64,000 nucleotides of DNA from NCBI GenBank assembly GCA_963814585.1, contig CAWFDF010000004.1, forward strand, positions 128,001 to 192,000. Reading direction: 5' to 3'. The notes below the pieces were generated by a model. It did not search any database, had not been told where the DNA came from, and was given only the letters and a program-made list of their open reading frames with translations. This DNA is from an uncultured delta proteobacterium. GTDB lineage: Bacteria > Myxococcota > Myxococcia > Myxococcales > Anaeromyxobacteraceae. Numbering within the stretch: position 1 is the first letter of the stretch; every line of letters begins with the position of its first letter. Made by a program: the position numbers and the translations under genes. Below, piece by piece: positions 45,694 to 55,448 of the stretch.

Positions 45694-46038
45694 TCAGAAG
45701 CTGAACCGCTCGACCACGCCGCGCGACCACTCGAGGATGGTCGGCCAGCCGACCACGGCGTCGAGCGCCGCCTCGGCCTCGCCGAGCGGCACCTGCTGCT
45801 CCACCACGCTGGCCGAGCAGGCGATGAGCCGCGCCCCGGCCCGTCGCGCCTGCTGGAGGAGCGCCGCCGGGTCGTCGGCCTCGCCGTCGTGCGCCGCGAC
45901 CACCGCCACCACTGCCGGGCCGGTCAGGAACACGTCGACGCGCTGGTCCAGCGCCACCGCCGCCAGGGCGCAGGAACCCGCGGAACGGAGGGCGTGTGGC
46001 GCGCTGCTGGAGACGAACACCGCGGTGCGGCCGGTCAT
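45694..46038 (-). CDS. DsrE/DsrF-like protein
   Basis: AVALDQRVDVFLTG...LLQQARRAGARLIACSAS pattern. Confidence 0.65.
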   Translation of the reverse strand: MTGRTAVFVSSSAPHALRSAGSCALAAVALDQRVDVFLTGPAVVAVVAAHDGEADDPAALLQQARRAGARLIACSASVVEQQVPLGEAEAALDAVVGWPTILEWSRGVVERFSF

Positions 46039-46140
46039 GGAGGGGTTCTATCCGACCGGCCCGGCGGCGTCACCAGCCGCCCCGGCCGGGCCGATCCCGT
46101 TTTCCCGGGCAATTCGCGTGTGATATGCGTCCCCCGCCCT

Positions 46141-47841
46141 ATGAATGACCAGAAGAAGCCCATGGGCCCCGTGGTGATTCGCAAGGGGCACCTCAAGCCG
46201 GCGCCGCCCGGGATCACCCTCGAGCAGCCCGTCGTCGAGTCGATCGAGCCGGCCGCACCGGCGCCCCGAGACGACCGGCCGCTCTGGCAGCGGCTGGCCG
46301 ACGAGAAGAGGGCGGCCGATGCCGGCGAGGCGCCCACGGTCGGGCGACCGGCCGGCGACCGGCCGTCGATCGACCGCCCGCCTGGCAGCCGCCCTCCGGG
46401 CAGCCGTCCGCCTGGCAACCGTCCGCCCGGCAACCGTCCGCCTGGTGGCCGACCGCCTGATGGCCGACCGTCCGGCGACCGTCCGCGGAGCGACCGCCCA
46501 CGCGGCGACCGCCCGCGCGGCGACCGGGACCGTCCCCGCCAGCACGACTCGCTGAGCGCCGATGCCCCGGCCTCCCACCTGCCCGAAGGCGAGCCACCGC
46601 CCGTGCCCGAGTCGCAGGTCGAGGACGAGGGCTCCTTCGCCGACCTGCTGGCCGCCACCGGCGGCAGCTCGCAGGCGCGCCGCCGCTTCAAGGCGGGCGA
46701 GAAGGTGGCGGGCAAGATCATCCAGGTGGGCGACGAGGTCACCTTCCTCGATCTCGGCAGCGGTCTCGCCGACGGGCTCATCGAGACCGTCGAGCTGCAC
46801 GACGCCGAGGGCCACGTCACCGCCCGCGTCGGCGACATCCTCGACGCCGTGGTGGTCAAGGGCGGCGACCGGGGCGTGCAGGTCTCCATCGGCCGCGCCA
46901 GGGCGGTCACCCGCGACCACGCCCGCGAGGCCATCATCGCCGCCATCGAGACCGGGCTCCCGGTCGAGGGGCTGGTCAAGGCGGTCAACAAGGGCGGCAT
47001 CGAGGTCGAGGTCAACGGCGTGCGGGCCTTCTGCCCCATGTCGCAGATCGACGTCCGCTTCGTCGGCGACGCCACCACGCTCATCGGACAGAAGCTGCAG
47101 TTCCGCGTCAGCAAGGCCGACGACCGCGACGTGGTGCTGTCGCGGCGCGCCCTGCTGGAGGCGGAGCGGGCCGAGAAGGCCCAGGCCACCCGCCAGCGGC
47201 TCGCCGCCGGCGCCGTCTTCGAGGGCACCGTCACCAGCGTGCAGGACTACGGCGCCTTCGTCGACCTCGGCGGCATCGAGGGACTGGTGCACGTCTCCGA
47301 GCTGGCGTGGGACCGGGTGTCGAAGCCGCAGGACCTGCTCAAGAGCGGCGACCAGGTCACCGTCACGGTGCTGCGCATCGACGAGGACGCGAGGAAGAGG
47401 GAGCGGATCGCCCTCTCGGTCAAGGCGCTGGTGCCCCGGCCCGAGCCCAAGGCCGCCGAGCCGCGGCCGGATCGGCCCGCCCGCCCGTCGCCGCCGCCGC
47501 CCCCGCGGGCCGGCGACGTGGTCGAGGCGGCGGTCGACAAGATCGAGTCCTTCGGCCTCTTCGTGAAGTTCGCCGGCGGGCGTGGCCTGGTCCCCGCCTC
47601 CGAGTCCGGCACGCCGCACGGCACCGACCTGCGGCGGGCCTTCAAGGTGGGGGATGCCTTCCCCGCGCTGGTGCTCCAGATCGACGAGCAGGGACGGTTC
47701 CGGCTCTCCAAGACGGGCGCCGTCGACGCCGCCGAGCGGGCCGACGCCCGCGCCTACATGGAGGCCTCGAGGCCCGCCGGGGGCGGCAAGGGCTTCGGGA
47801 CCCTGGGCGACCTGCTCAGGAAGAAGCTCGAGCCGAAGTAG
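46141..47841 (+). CDS. S1 RNA-binding domain protein (RpsA-like paralog) with low-complexity N-terminus
   Basis: ATG at 46141; four S1-like domains (KGGIEV...RAFCPMSQID; YGAFVDLGGIEGLVHVSEL); GFGTLGDLL tail. Confidence 0.85.
   Translation: MNDQKKPMGPVVIRKGHLKPAPPGITLEQPVVESIEPAAPAPRDDRPLWQRLADEKRAADAGEAPTVGRPAGDRPSIDRPPGSRPPGSRPPGNRPPGNRPPGGRPPDGRPSGDRPRSDRPRGDRPRGDRDRPRQHDSLSADAPASHLPEGEPPPVPESQVEDEGSFADLLAATGGSSQARRRFKAGEKVAGKIIQVGDEVTFLDLGSGLADGLIETVELHDAEGHVTARVGDILDAVVVKGGDRGVQVSIGRARAVTRDHAREAIIAAIETGLPVEGLVKAVNKGGIEVEVNGVRAFCPMSQIDVRFVGDATTLIGQKLQFRVSKADDRDVVLSRRALLEAERAEKAQATRQRLAAGAVFEGTVTSVQDYGAFVDLGGIEGLVHVSELAWDRVSKPQDLLKSGDQVTVTVLRIDEDARKRERIALSVKALVPRPEPKAAEPRPDRPARPSPPPPPRAGDVVEAAVDKIESFGLFVKFAGGRGLVPASESGTPHGTDLRRAFKVGDAFPALVLQIDEQGRFRLSKTGAVDAAERADARAYMEASRPAGGGKGFGTLGDLLRKKLEPK
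46345..46535 (+). repeat. Degenerate 15-bp coding tandem repeats (RPPGS/RPPGN/RPRGD)
   Basis: ...DRPPGSRPPGSRPPGNRPPGNRPPGGRPPDGRPSGDRPRSDRPRGDRPRGD... Confidence 0.8.
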
Positions 47842-47976
47842 CCTGCTGCGCCGCGGCGCGGCATCCCGCCCTTCCCGCTGGATGGGGACCCGGAGTGTGC
47901 GATACCCTTCGCACCCCGCGAGGCGCCGTGCCCGCGGCGCCGCGCTTCACTCTCCGACCGACGAGGATTCCGCCCG

Positions 47977-49758
47977 ATGGCACAGAACGCCCCGACCACC
48001 CACGCCGCCCTCCTCAAGTGGGTGGATGAGACCGCCAAGCTCACCAAGCCCGACCAGGTCGTCTGGTGCGACGGGAGCGAGGCGGAGAAGAAGCGCCTCA
48101 CCGCCGAGGCGGTGGCGGCCAAGATCCTCATCCCGCTCGACCAGCAGAAGTGGCCGAACTGCTACTACCACCACTCCAACCAGAACGACGTGGCGCGCGT
48201 CGAGCACCTCACCGTCATCTGCACGCCCACCAGGGAGGAGGCCGGCCCCACCAACATCTGGATGGCCCCCGCCGAGGCCTACGCCAAGCTCAGCGCCATC
48301 TACGACGGCTGCATGAAGGGCCGCACCATGTACGTGGTGCCCTACATCATGGGCCCGGCCAGCTCGCCGTTCGCCAAGGTGGGCGTCGAGGTGACCGACT
48401 CGGTCTACGTCGCCCTCAACATGGGGATCATGACGAGGATGGGGAAGGTGGCCCTGGACCGGCTCGGCACCGCCGGGGAGTTCAACAAGGGGCTCCACGC
48501 CGTGGCCGACTGCAGCCCGGACCGGCGCTGGATCTGCCACTTCCCGCAGGACAACGCCATCTGGTCGGTCGGCTCGGGCTACGGCGGCAACGCCCTGCTC
48601 GGCAAGAAGTGCCTGGCGCTGCGCATCGGCAGCTACCTGGCCAAGAAGGAGGGCTGGCTCGCCGAGCACATGCTCATCCTCGAGGCCGAGAGCCCGCTGG
48701 GCGAGATCAGCTACGTGGCCGCCGCCTTCCCGTCGGCCTGCGGCAAGACCAACTTCGCCATGATGATCCCGCCCAAGACGTTCGAGGGCTGGAAGATCCG
48801 CACCGTGGGCGACGACATCGCCTGGATGCGCGTCGGCGAGAACGGCCAGCTCTGGGCCGTCAACCCGGAGAACGGCTACTTCGGCGTCGCCCCCGGCACC
48901 AACCGCAAGACCAACCCCAACGCCATGGAGAGCGTCCGCAAGGACTCGCTCTTCACCAACGTGGCCCGCACCAGGGACGGCGACATCTGGTGGGAGGGCT
49001 GGGACACCGAGGCGCCCGCCGAGCTCATCGACTGGAAGGGCGCCACCTGGAAGAAGGGCAGCCTCGACAAGGCGGCCCACCCCAACAGCCGCTTCACCGC
49101 GCCCGCCTCCAACAACCCGGCCCTCTCCAGCAAGGTCGACGACCCGGCCGGCGTGCCCATCTCGGCCATCATCTTCGGCGGCCGCCGCTCCACCACCGTG
49201 CCGCTGGTGCTGGAGGCCTTCAACTGGACGCACGGCGTCTTCATGGGCGCCACCATGGGCTCGGAGACCACCGCCGCCGCGGTCGGCCTGAAGGAGGGCG
49301 TGCGCCGCGACCCCATGGCCATGCTGCCGTTCATCGGCTACGACGCCGGCACCTACCTGCAGCACTGGCTCGACATGCAGGGGCGGATCCCCAACCCGCC
49401 CAAGGTCTTCATGGTCAACTGGTTCCGCAAGGACGCCAACGGCAAGTTCATGTGGCCGGGCTACGGCGACAACATGCGGGTCCTCAAGTGGATCCTGGAG
49501 CGGAGCCACGGCCGCGTCACCGCCAAGGAGACGCTGGTCGGGCACGTGCCGCGCCCCGAGGACATCAACCTGAACGGCCTCGATCTCAGCAACGAGGCCG
49601 TGGCCAAGATCATGGACGTCGACCTGGCCGAGTGGCAGACCGAGCTGGAGAGCCAGCAGGAGTGGTTCGACAAGCTGGGCCCGACCTTGCCCCGGCCCAT
49701 CTCCCTCCAGCGTGACGTGCTGCTGGAGCGGGTCAGGCGCGCCCGCACCGTGAAGTAG
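47977..49758 (+). CDS. pckG: Phosphoenolpyruvate carboxykinase (GTP)
   Basis: DVARVE, GSGYGGNALLGKKC, WLAEHM, FPSACGKTN, VGDDIAW, AHPNSRF, RRDPMAMLPF. Confidence 0.97.
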   Translation: MAQNAPTTHAALLKWVDETAKLTKPDQVVWCDGSEAEKKRLTAEAVAAKILIPLDQQKWPNCYYHHSNQNDVARVEHLTVICTPTREEAGPTNIWMAPAEAYAKLSAIYDGCMKGRTMYVVPYIMGPASSPFAKVGVEVTDSVYVALNMGIMTRMGKVALDRLGTAGEFNKGLHAVADCSPDRRWICHFPQDNAIWSVGSGYGGNALLGKKCLALRIGSYLAKKEGWLAEHMLILEAESPLGEISYVAAAFPSACGKTNFAMMIPPKTFEGWKIRTVGDDIAWMRVGENGQLWAVNPENGYFGVAPGTNRKTNPNAMESVRKDSLFTNVARTRDGDIWWEGWDTEAPAELIDWKGATWKKGSLDKAAHPNSRFTAPASNNPALSSKVDDPAGVPISAIIFGGRRSTTVPLVLEAFNWTHGVFMGATMGSETTAAAVGLKEGVRRDPMAMLPFIGYDAGTYLQHWLDMQGRIPNPPKVFMVNWFRKDANGKFMWPGYGDNMRVLKWILERSHGRVTAKETLVGHVPRPEDINLNGLDLSNEAVAKIMDVDLAEWQTELESQQEWFDKLGPTLPRPISLQRDVLLERVRRARTVK

Positions 49759-49780
49759 CGCGCCACCCCGGCGGGGACCC

Positions 49781-49817
49781 CGGCGGGCCCGGTCGACAGG
49801 CCGGGCCCGTCGTGTTT
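49781..49817 (+). terminator. Rho-independent terminator after pckG
   Basis: CGGCGGGCCCGGTC-GACA-GGCCGGGCCCGTCG followed by TGTTT. Confidence 0.65.
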
Positions 49818-49855
49818 CCGGGGCCGGGGCGGCGCCGGCGCGCTACAACCGGACC

Positions 49856-50593
49856 ATGTGCACGCTCGCCATCGCCCTCGGCGTCGACCGGCGCTGGCCG
49901 GTGCTGGTGGCCGCCAACCGCGACGAGCGGCTGGGGCGAGCCGCCGAGGGGTGGGCGTGGCGGACCACGCCCGGCGGCCTCCGCTGGGTCGGGCCGCGAG
50001 ACGCCCTGGCGGGCGGCACCTGGATCGGCCTCTCGGCGGGCGGCGTGCTGGCGGCGCTGACCAACTTCCACGCCCCGCTCGACTGGTACCCCGACCCGGC
50101 CAGGCGCTCCCGGGGGGAGCTGGTGCCGCTGTCGCTCGAGGCCCCCTCGGCGTCGGCGGCGCGCGAGGCGCTGGCGCCGCTCGACCCGGCGGCGTGGAAC
50201 CCGTTCCACCTGGTGGTGGCCGACGCCGCCTCGGCCTTCCTGTGGTGGTTCGACGGTGAGGCCGCCGGCGTCGAGCCCCTCGGCCCCGGCCTGCACGTGG
50301 TCACCGAGGACTCGCCGCGCGGCGCCGGCCCCCGCGGCGACCTGGTCCGCGCCCGCTGGCCGATGGACCCGTCGCCGGGGCGGCTGCGCGAGGTGCTCTC
50401 GCTCCACGCCCCGCCCCACCCGGCCCCCACCTGCCTGCACGTCGAGCCCCACTACGGCACCCGCTCCTCGGCGGTGCTGCGCCTGCCGCGCCACCTCCAC
50501 CACGCCGAGCTCTACGCCGCCGACGGCCCACCCTGCACCTTCCCGCTCGAGGACCGCTCGGCGCTGCTGGCGGCGCTGGCGGCACGGCCCTGA
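49856..50593 (+). CDS. NRDE/TANGO2-family protein
   Basis: MCTL...AANRDE...GGTWIG...SRGELV...YGTRSS. Confidence 0.92.
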   Translation: MCTLAIALGVDRRWPVLVAANRDERLGRAAEGWAWRTTPGGLRWVGPRDALAGGTWIGLSAGGVLAALTNFHAPLDWYPDPARRSRGELVPLSLEAPSASAAREALAPLDPAAWNPFHLVVADAASAFLWWFDGEAAGVEPLGPGLHVVTEDSPRGAGPRGDLVRARWPMDPSPGRLREVLSLHAPPHPAPTCLHVEPHYGTRSSAVLRLPRHLHHAELYAADGPPCTFPLEDRSALLAALAARP

Positions 50594-50670
50594 TCGTCGG
50601 GCCGGCTCGCCCGATGGACCGGCCCGATCGCCTTGACTCGGACCGCTCGCCGGGACATCACAGGGGCGCC

Positions 50671-51009
50671 ATGGGACTCCTCGACCGGATCAACCTGCAG
50701 AAGCACACCTCCGAGCCGCCGGAGGCCATCGACGTCCTGCCCGACCACGCGCTGCAGGTCAGCTGGCCCGGCGGGAGGCAGGTCTCCATCCCGGCCCGGG
50801 AGCTGCGCGACCGCTGCCCCTGCGCCGGCTGCGTGGAGGAGCTGACCGGCAAGAAGCTGCTCGACCCGGCCACCATCCCCGCCGACATCCGCCCGGTCGC
50901 CATCAACCCGGTGGGCAACTACGCCATCCAGATCGAGTGGTCGGACGGCCACGGCACCGGCCTCTACACCTGGGCGACGCTGCGGGCCATCGGCGACCTG
51001 CAGGCCTGA
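50671..51009 (+). CDS. DUF971 (GBBH-like N-terminal) protein
   Basis: LRDRCPCAGC and VGNYAIQIEWSDGHGTGLYTW. Confidence 0.9.
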   Translation: MGLLDRINLQKHTSEPPEAIDVLPDHALQVSWPGGRQVSIPARELRDRCPCAGCVEELTGKKLLDPATIPADIRPVAINPVGNYAIQIEWSDGHGTGLYTWATLRAIGDLQA

Positions 51010-51019
51010 GCGTCCCGAT

Positions 51020-51526
51020 CTACCGCCGGCGCCCCCGCACCATGGCCCGATCCATCTCGCGCTTCGACTCGCGCTCGGCGATGGCGCCGCGCCGGTCCTC
51101 ATGGGTGCGCCCCTTGGCCAGCGCCAGCTCCACCTTGGCCCACCCGCCGCGGAAGTAGATCTGCGTGGGGATGAGCGTGTAGCCCGACCGCTCCACCTTG
51201 CCGGCGAGCTTGTCGATCTGGCTGCGCCCCACCAGCAGCTTCCGGTCGCGCACCGGGGCGTGCCCGAACGGGCCGGCCTTGTCGTACTCGCCGATGCGGC
51301 AGTTGACCAGCCAGAGCTCCTCGCCGCGCGGCTGGGCGTAGGCGTCGGCCAGGTTGGCGTTGCCGGCGCGCAGCGACTTGACCTCGCTGCCCTGCAGCAC
51401 CAGCCCGGCCTCGATCCGCTCCTCGATCTGGAAGTCGAACCCGGCGCGCCGGTTGCGGGCCACCACCTGCACGTCGGGCTCGGCCCGCTTCTCGGACTGC
51501 TTGGCCCCCCCGGCCTTCTTGCTCAC
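51020..51526 (-). CDS. smpB: SsrA-binding protein
   Basis: NRRA, EAGLVLQGSEVKSLR, RKLL, KVELALAKG. Confidence 0.95.
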   Translation of the reverse strand: MSKKAGGAKQSEKRAEPDVQVVARNRRAGFDFQIEERIEAGLVLQGSEVKSLRAGNANLADAYAQPRGEELWLVNCRIGEYDKAGPFGHAPVRDRKLLVGRSQIDKLAGKVERSGYTLIPTQIYFRGGWAKVELALAKGRTHEDRRGAIAERESKREMDRAMVRGRRR

Positions 51527-51542
51527 GCCCGCCCCCGGCAGG

Positions 51543-52412
51543 TCACGGCAGCACCAGGTTGTCGATGAGCCGGGTGGTCCCCACGAAGGCGGCCACCAGC
51601 AGGACGCTCCCCGGCGCCGCCACGGCGGTGGGCTGGAGCGTGTCCGGGTGGACCAGCTCGACGTAGTCGATGCGAACCCCGGCCGAGGCGAGCCGCGCGC
51701 GCGCCGCCGCCGTCAGCGCCGCCGCCTCGCGCCGCCCCGCCTCGACCGCCTGCCGGGCCTCGAAGAGGGAGCGCGACAGCGACAGCGCCGCCTGCCGCTG
51801 GTCGGGCCTCAGGTAGGCGTTGCGGGAGGAGCGGGCCAGGCCGTCGGCCTCGCGCACGATGGGCATCCCCACGATCTCGACCCCGAAGGCCAGGTCGCGG
51901 ACCATGGCCCGGATCACCGCCAGCTGCTGCCAGTCCTTCTCGCCGAACAGGGCGAGGTGTGGCCGGGTCAGGTTGAGGAGCTTCGCCACCACGGTGGCCA
52001 CCCCGCGGAAGTGGCCGGGCCGGCTGGCGCCGCAGAGCCCCTGGCTGGCCCGCTCCACGTCCACCCAGGACTGGTGGCCGGGCGCGAACACGAGCGCCGG
52101 ATCCGGCGGCGCCAGCACCAGGTCGATGCCGGACTCCGCGCAGGTGGCCAGGTCCCCGGCCAGGTCGCGCGGGTAGCGCGAGAGGTCCTCGCCGGGGCCG
52201 AACTGGGTGGGGTTGACGAAGATGGTGGCCAGCGCCAGCCCCCGCTGGCCGCCCAGGTCGGCGCGCCGCCGCGCCTCGCGGAGCAGCGAGCGGTGGCCGT
52301 CGTGCAGGAAGCCCATGGTCGGCACCAGCGCCAGGCGCAGGCCGGAGTCGCGGGCCTCGCCGCAGCGCGCCTGCCAGGCGGCCGGATCGGTGAAGAGCTG
52401 TGGGGCCGGCAC
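51543..52412 (-). CDS. panC: Pantoate-beta-alanine ligase
   Basis: VPTMGFLHDGH, IFVNPTQF, RPGHFRGV, FGEKDWQQ, SSRNAYL, TRLIDN. Confidence 0.97.
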   Translation of the reverse strand: MPAPQLFTDPAAWQARCGEARDSGLRLALVPTMGFLHDGHRSLLREARRRADLGGQRGLALATIFVNPTQFGPGEDLSRYPRDLAGDLATCAESGIDLVLAPPDPALVFAPGHQSWVDVERASQGLCGASRPGHFRGVATVVAKLLNLTRPHLALFGEKDWQQLAVIRAMVRDLAFGVEIVGMPIVREADGLARSSRNAYLRPDQRQAALSLSRSLFEARQAVEAGRREAAALTAAARARLASAGVRIDYVELVHPDTLQPTAVAAPGSVLLVAAFVGTTRLIDNLVLP

Positions 52413-52430
52413 GGGGTTCGAGTGGCCTCG

Positions 52431-53342
52431 CTACACCGGGGCGCCCATGACGCCGGGCGGCTCCTCGGGCGGGTCCTCGGCGACCGGCACCAGCCGGACG
52501 GCGGAGGAGTGGAAGCTGTGCTCGTCGGCCGGGAAGGCGCGGGCCTTCACCTCGGCGACGTACCGACCCACCGCGTCGGTCACCGCCTCGCCCAGCTCGG
52601 CGAACCGCTTCACGAACTTCGGCGTGAAGCTGGCGTCCAGGCCGAGCAGGTCGTTGAGCACCAGCACCTGGCCGTCGCAGGTGGGGCCGGCGCCGATGCC
52701 GATGGTTGGGATCTCGAGCTGGCCGGAGATGACCCGGGCCAGCTCGGTGGGGATGCACTCGAGGACGATGGCGTAGCAGCCGGCCGCCTCCAGCATGCGG
52801 GCGTCGTGCAGCAGCTGCTGGGCCCGCTCGGCGTCCTTGCCCTGCACCACGTAGCCGCCCAGCTTGTGGACCGACTGCGGGGTGAGCCCGATGTGGCCCA
52901 TCACCGGCACCCCGGCGCGCACCACGCGGCGGACCACCTCGGCGTAGTCGCTCCCGCCCTCCAGCTTGACCGCCTCGACGCCGCCCTCGGCCACCAGCCG
53001 CATGGCCGCCTTGACCGCCTCGTCGGCGCTGGCCTGGTAGCTGCCGAAGGGGAGGTCGCCGACCAGGTGGGCGATCGCGCCACCGCGGACCAGGCCGCGG
53101 CGGACCATGGCTGAGTGGTAGACCATCTGGTCGATGGTGACCGGGAGCGTGGAGTCGTGCCCCTGCACCACCATGCCGAGGGAGTCGCCGACCAGCACCA
53201 CGTCGACGCCGGCCGCCGCGACCAGCCGGGCCGCGGTGGCGTCGTAGGCGGTGACCATGGCGATCTTCTCGCCGCGGTCCTTCATCCGCTTCAGCTCGTT
53301 GATGGTGACGCGTCGCGGGGGGGGGCCGCTCTGTGTCGACAT
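52431..53342 (-). CDS. panB: 3-methyl-2-oxobutanoate hydroxymethyltransferase
   Basis: GGAGG then ATG at 53342; [40 protein letters not shown]. Confidence 0.97.
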   Translation of the reverse strand: MSTQSGPPPRRVTINELKRMKDRGEKIAMVTAYDATAARLVAAAGVDVVLVGDSLGMVVQGHDSTLPVTIDQMVYHSAMVRRGLVRGGAIAHLVGDLPFGSYQASADEAVKAAMRLVAEGGVEAVKLEGGSDYAEVVRRVVRAGVPVMGHIGLTPQSVHKLGGYVVQGKDAERAQQLLHDARMLEAAGCYAIVLECIPTELARVISGQLEIPTIGIGAGPTCDGQVLVLNDLLGLDASFTPKFVKRFAELGEAVTDAVGRYVAEVKARAFPADEHSFHSSAVRLVPVAEDPPEEPPGVMGAPV

Positions 53343-53497
53343 GCCGACCTCCGGTGCAGGCCCCTGCTCGGGGTCCCACCCGTTGGAAGGGGTGAAGGGT
53401 GAATCTAAATCCGAGGGGGGAGGCCTGTCACCTACGCGGCGCGTCAAGCCGTGGGCGAGCCTCGCCGCCGGCCCCATGCCGTCGGCGCCGTCGGCCG

Positions 53498-53612
53498 CGG
53501 GACCTGCACCGTGCGCCGCGCGGGACGTCCACCGTGCGTCGTTCAGGTCGCCCACCGTGCGCCGTGCGGGACGTCCACCGTGCGCCGCTCAGGTCGCCCA
53601 CCGTGCGCCGTG
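53498..53612. repeat. Five tandem 23-bp repeats (core CACCGTGCGYCG) in the panB-EamA intergenic region
   Basis: Units start at 53498, 53521, 53544, 53567 and 53590. Units 3 and 5 are identical; units 2 and 4 differ at two bases. Confidence 0.9.
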
Positions 53613-53685
53613 CGCTGGGTCCGGCCCGGCGGCCGGCCTGGCCGCCTGGACGCGCCTCGACCCGGCACGCCATGATGCCGCGGCC

Positions 53686-54519
53686 ATGCCCGAAGGTACC
53701 GCCGCGCTCCTGGCCTCGGCGTTCCTGCACGCCGCCTGGAATGCACTGCTGAAGCGCGAGCGCGACCCGCAGGTGGCGGTGCTGGGCGTGCTGGCCGCGG
53801 CGCTGGCGGTGGCGGCCGCCGGGGCGCTGGTCCTGCCGGGCGCCGGCTTCCCGGGGCGTGACGGCCTGGCCTGGACCATCGCCGCCGGCTTCTTCGAGGG
53901 GGCCTACTTCGTGGCCCTGGCCGCCGCCCTGAGCCGCGCCACCTACGGCGCCGTCTACGCCATCGCCCGCGGCGGCGCGCTCCTGCTGGTCTGGCCGGCC
54001 GCGGCGCTGCTGCTCGGCGAGCCCTCCACGCCGCGCGGGGCCCTGGGGGCGCTGATCGTCGGCCTGGGCGTCGCGCTGGTGGCGCTGGCCGGACGCGTGC
54101 GGGCCAGCGGGGGCGGGGTCGCCTGGGCGGTCGGCTGCGCCACCAGCATCGCCGGGTACCACCTCTGCTACGACCGCGCCCTGGCCGCGGGGGCGGCGCC
54201 GACCCCGGTGTTCGCGGTGGCGCTGGCGGTGGCCCTGCCCATGGTCTGGGCCTCGGTGTGGATCCGGGGCGGGACGGGCCGGCCGGACTGGCGCACCACC
54301 GGCCGGTGGGCGCTGGCCGGGCTGCTCTGCACCGGCTCCTTCCTGCTCTTCCTCTCCGGGCTGGCGAGGAGCGGGGCCGGGCCGGCGCTCACGCTGCGCA
54401 ACACGGCGGTGGTCTTCGCCCAGGTGCTGGCGGTCGGGATGGGCGAGCCGGTCTCGCGCCGGCAGCTGCTCGGCTCGGCCCTGGTGGTGGCCGGCGCCGC
54501 CGTGCTGGCCTGGCCCTGA
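53686..54519 (+). CDS. EamA/DMT-family transporter
   Basis: ATG at 53686; LASAFLHAAWNALLK, YAIARG, LRNTAVVFA; about 10 TMs. Confidence 0.85.
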   Translation: MPEGTAALLASAFLHAAWNALLKRERDPQVAVLGVLAAALAVAAAGALVLPGAGFPGRDGLAWTIAAGFFEGAYFVALAAALSRATYGAVYAIARGGALLLVWPAAALLLGEPSTPRGALGALIVGLGVALVALAGRVRASGGGVAWAVGCATSIAGYHLCYDRALAAGAAPTPVFAVALAVALPMVWASVWIRGGTGRPDWRTTGRWALAGLLCTGSFLLFLSGLARSGAGPALTLRNTAVVFAQVLAVGMGEPVSRRQLLGSALVVAGAAVLAWP

Positions 54520-54540
54520 CGGCGGCGGGCCGGCCGTCCC

Positions 54541-55191
54541 CTACCCGCGCCTCCCCGGGAGGTAGTGCTGCGTCCCCTTGCGGTGGCGGCGGATCACCGT
54601 GACCAGCGCCTCGACGTCCTCGGCGGAGTCGACCAGGTCGATGTCGCTGGTGTTGACGACCAGCAGCGGCGTCTCCTCGTAGTGGAAGAAGAAGACGTTG
54701 TAGGCCGTCGCCAGCGACTCGACGTAGGCCGGGTCGATCTGCCGCTCGTAGGCGCGCCCGCGCCGCCTGATCCGCTGCACCAGCACCTCGGTGCGCGCCT
54801 GGAGGTAGATCACCAGGTCCGGCTTCACCACCCGCGGGCCGAGCGCGCCGAAGAGCCGGTCGTAGAGCGCCAGCTCGTTCTGGTCGAGCGTGAGCGCCGC
54901 GAAGATCCGGTCCTTGGCGAAGAGGTAGTCGGCGACGGTGCTCCGTGAGAAGAGCTCCTGCTGGTGGAGCACCTGCTGCTGCTGGAAGCGCGAGAGCAGG
55001 AAGAAGAGCTGGGTCTGGAACGCGAACTTGCGGGCGTCGTCGTAGAACTGCGCCAGGAACGGGTTCTCCTCGATCGGCTCGAGCACCAGCCGCGCCGCGA
55101 GGCGCTCGGCCAGGATCTGGGCGAGGCTGGTCTTCCCGACGCCGATCGGGCCTTCGATGGCGATGTATCGGGGCCGGTCGGTCTGCGTCAT
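54541..55191 (-). CDS. Deoxynucleoside kinase
   Basis: YIAIEGPIGVGKTSLA, NPFLAQFY, QLFFLLSR, PDLVIYLQA, RGRAYE. Confidence 0.93.
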   Translation of the reverse strand: MTQTDRPRYIAIEGPIGVGKTSLAQILAERLAARLVLEPIEENPFLAQFYDDARKFAFQTQLFFLLSRFQQQQVLHQQELFSRSTVADYLFAKDRIFAALTLDQNELALYDRLFGALGPRVVKPDLVIYLQARTEVLVQRIRRRGRAYERQIDPAYVESLATAYNVFFFHYEETPLLVVNTSDIDLVDSAEDVEALVTVIRRHRKGTQHYLPGRRG

Positions 55192-55378
55192 GAGGGCGAT
55201 TCGCGAGAGTACCAAAGCGGGGCAGGGTTGGAATGCTGGAATGGACCAGGCCGGCCCGGCCCGCCGCGCCCCTGACAGGGAGATCGTGGTTCCATGATCC
55301 CGAGATCATGGAGACGATCTGAACTGGACCGTTCAAATACCTGATTTTGATGATTTTTCATGGCGATATCGGCTGACC

Positions 55379-55407
55379 TTGACTCCGCCGATCGGCGAAC
55401 GTATTGT
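55379..55407 (+). promoter_or_regulatory. Sigma70-type promoter of the small ORF
   Basis: TTGACT-N17-TATTGT within an AT-rich patch. Confidence 0.6.
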
Positions 55408-55448
55408 CGCACCTCATTGCACCAACATCGGCTCGGGAGGCTGCCAGC

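Noticed and set aside
51020..51526. tmRNA (ssrA) or tRNA next to smpB
   Set aside because: Flanking intergenic gaps are under 20 bp and no tRNA-like sequence was recognised.
53498..53612. CRISPR array
   Set aside because: Repeats are contiguous with no unique spacers, and there are no cas genes in the window.
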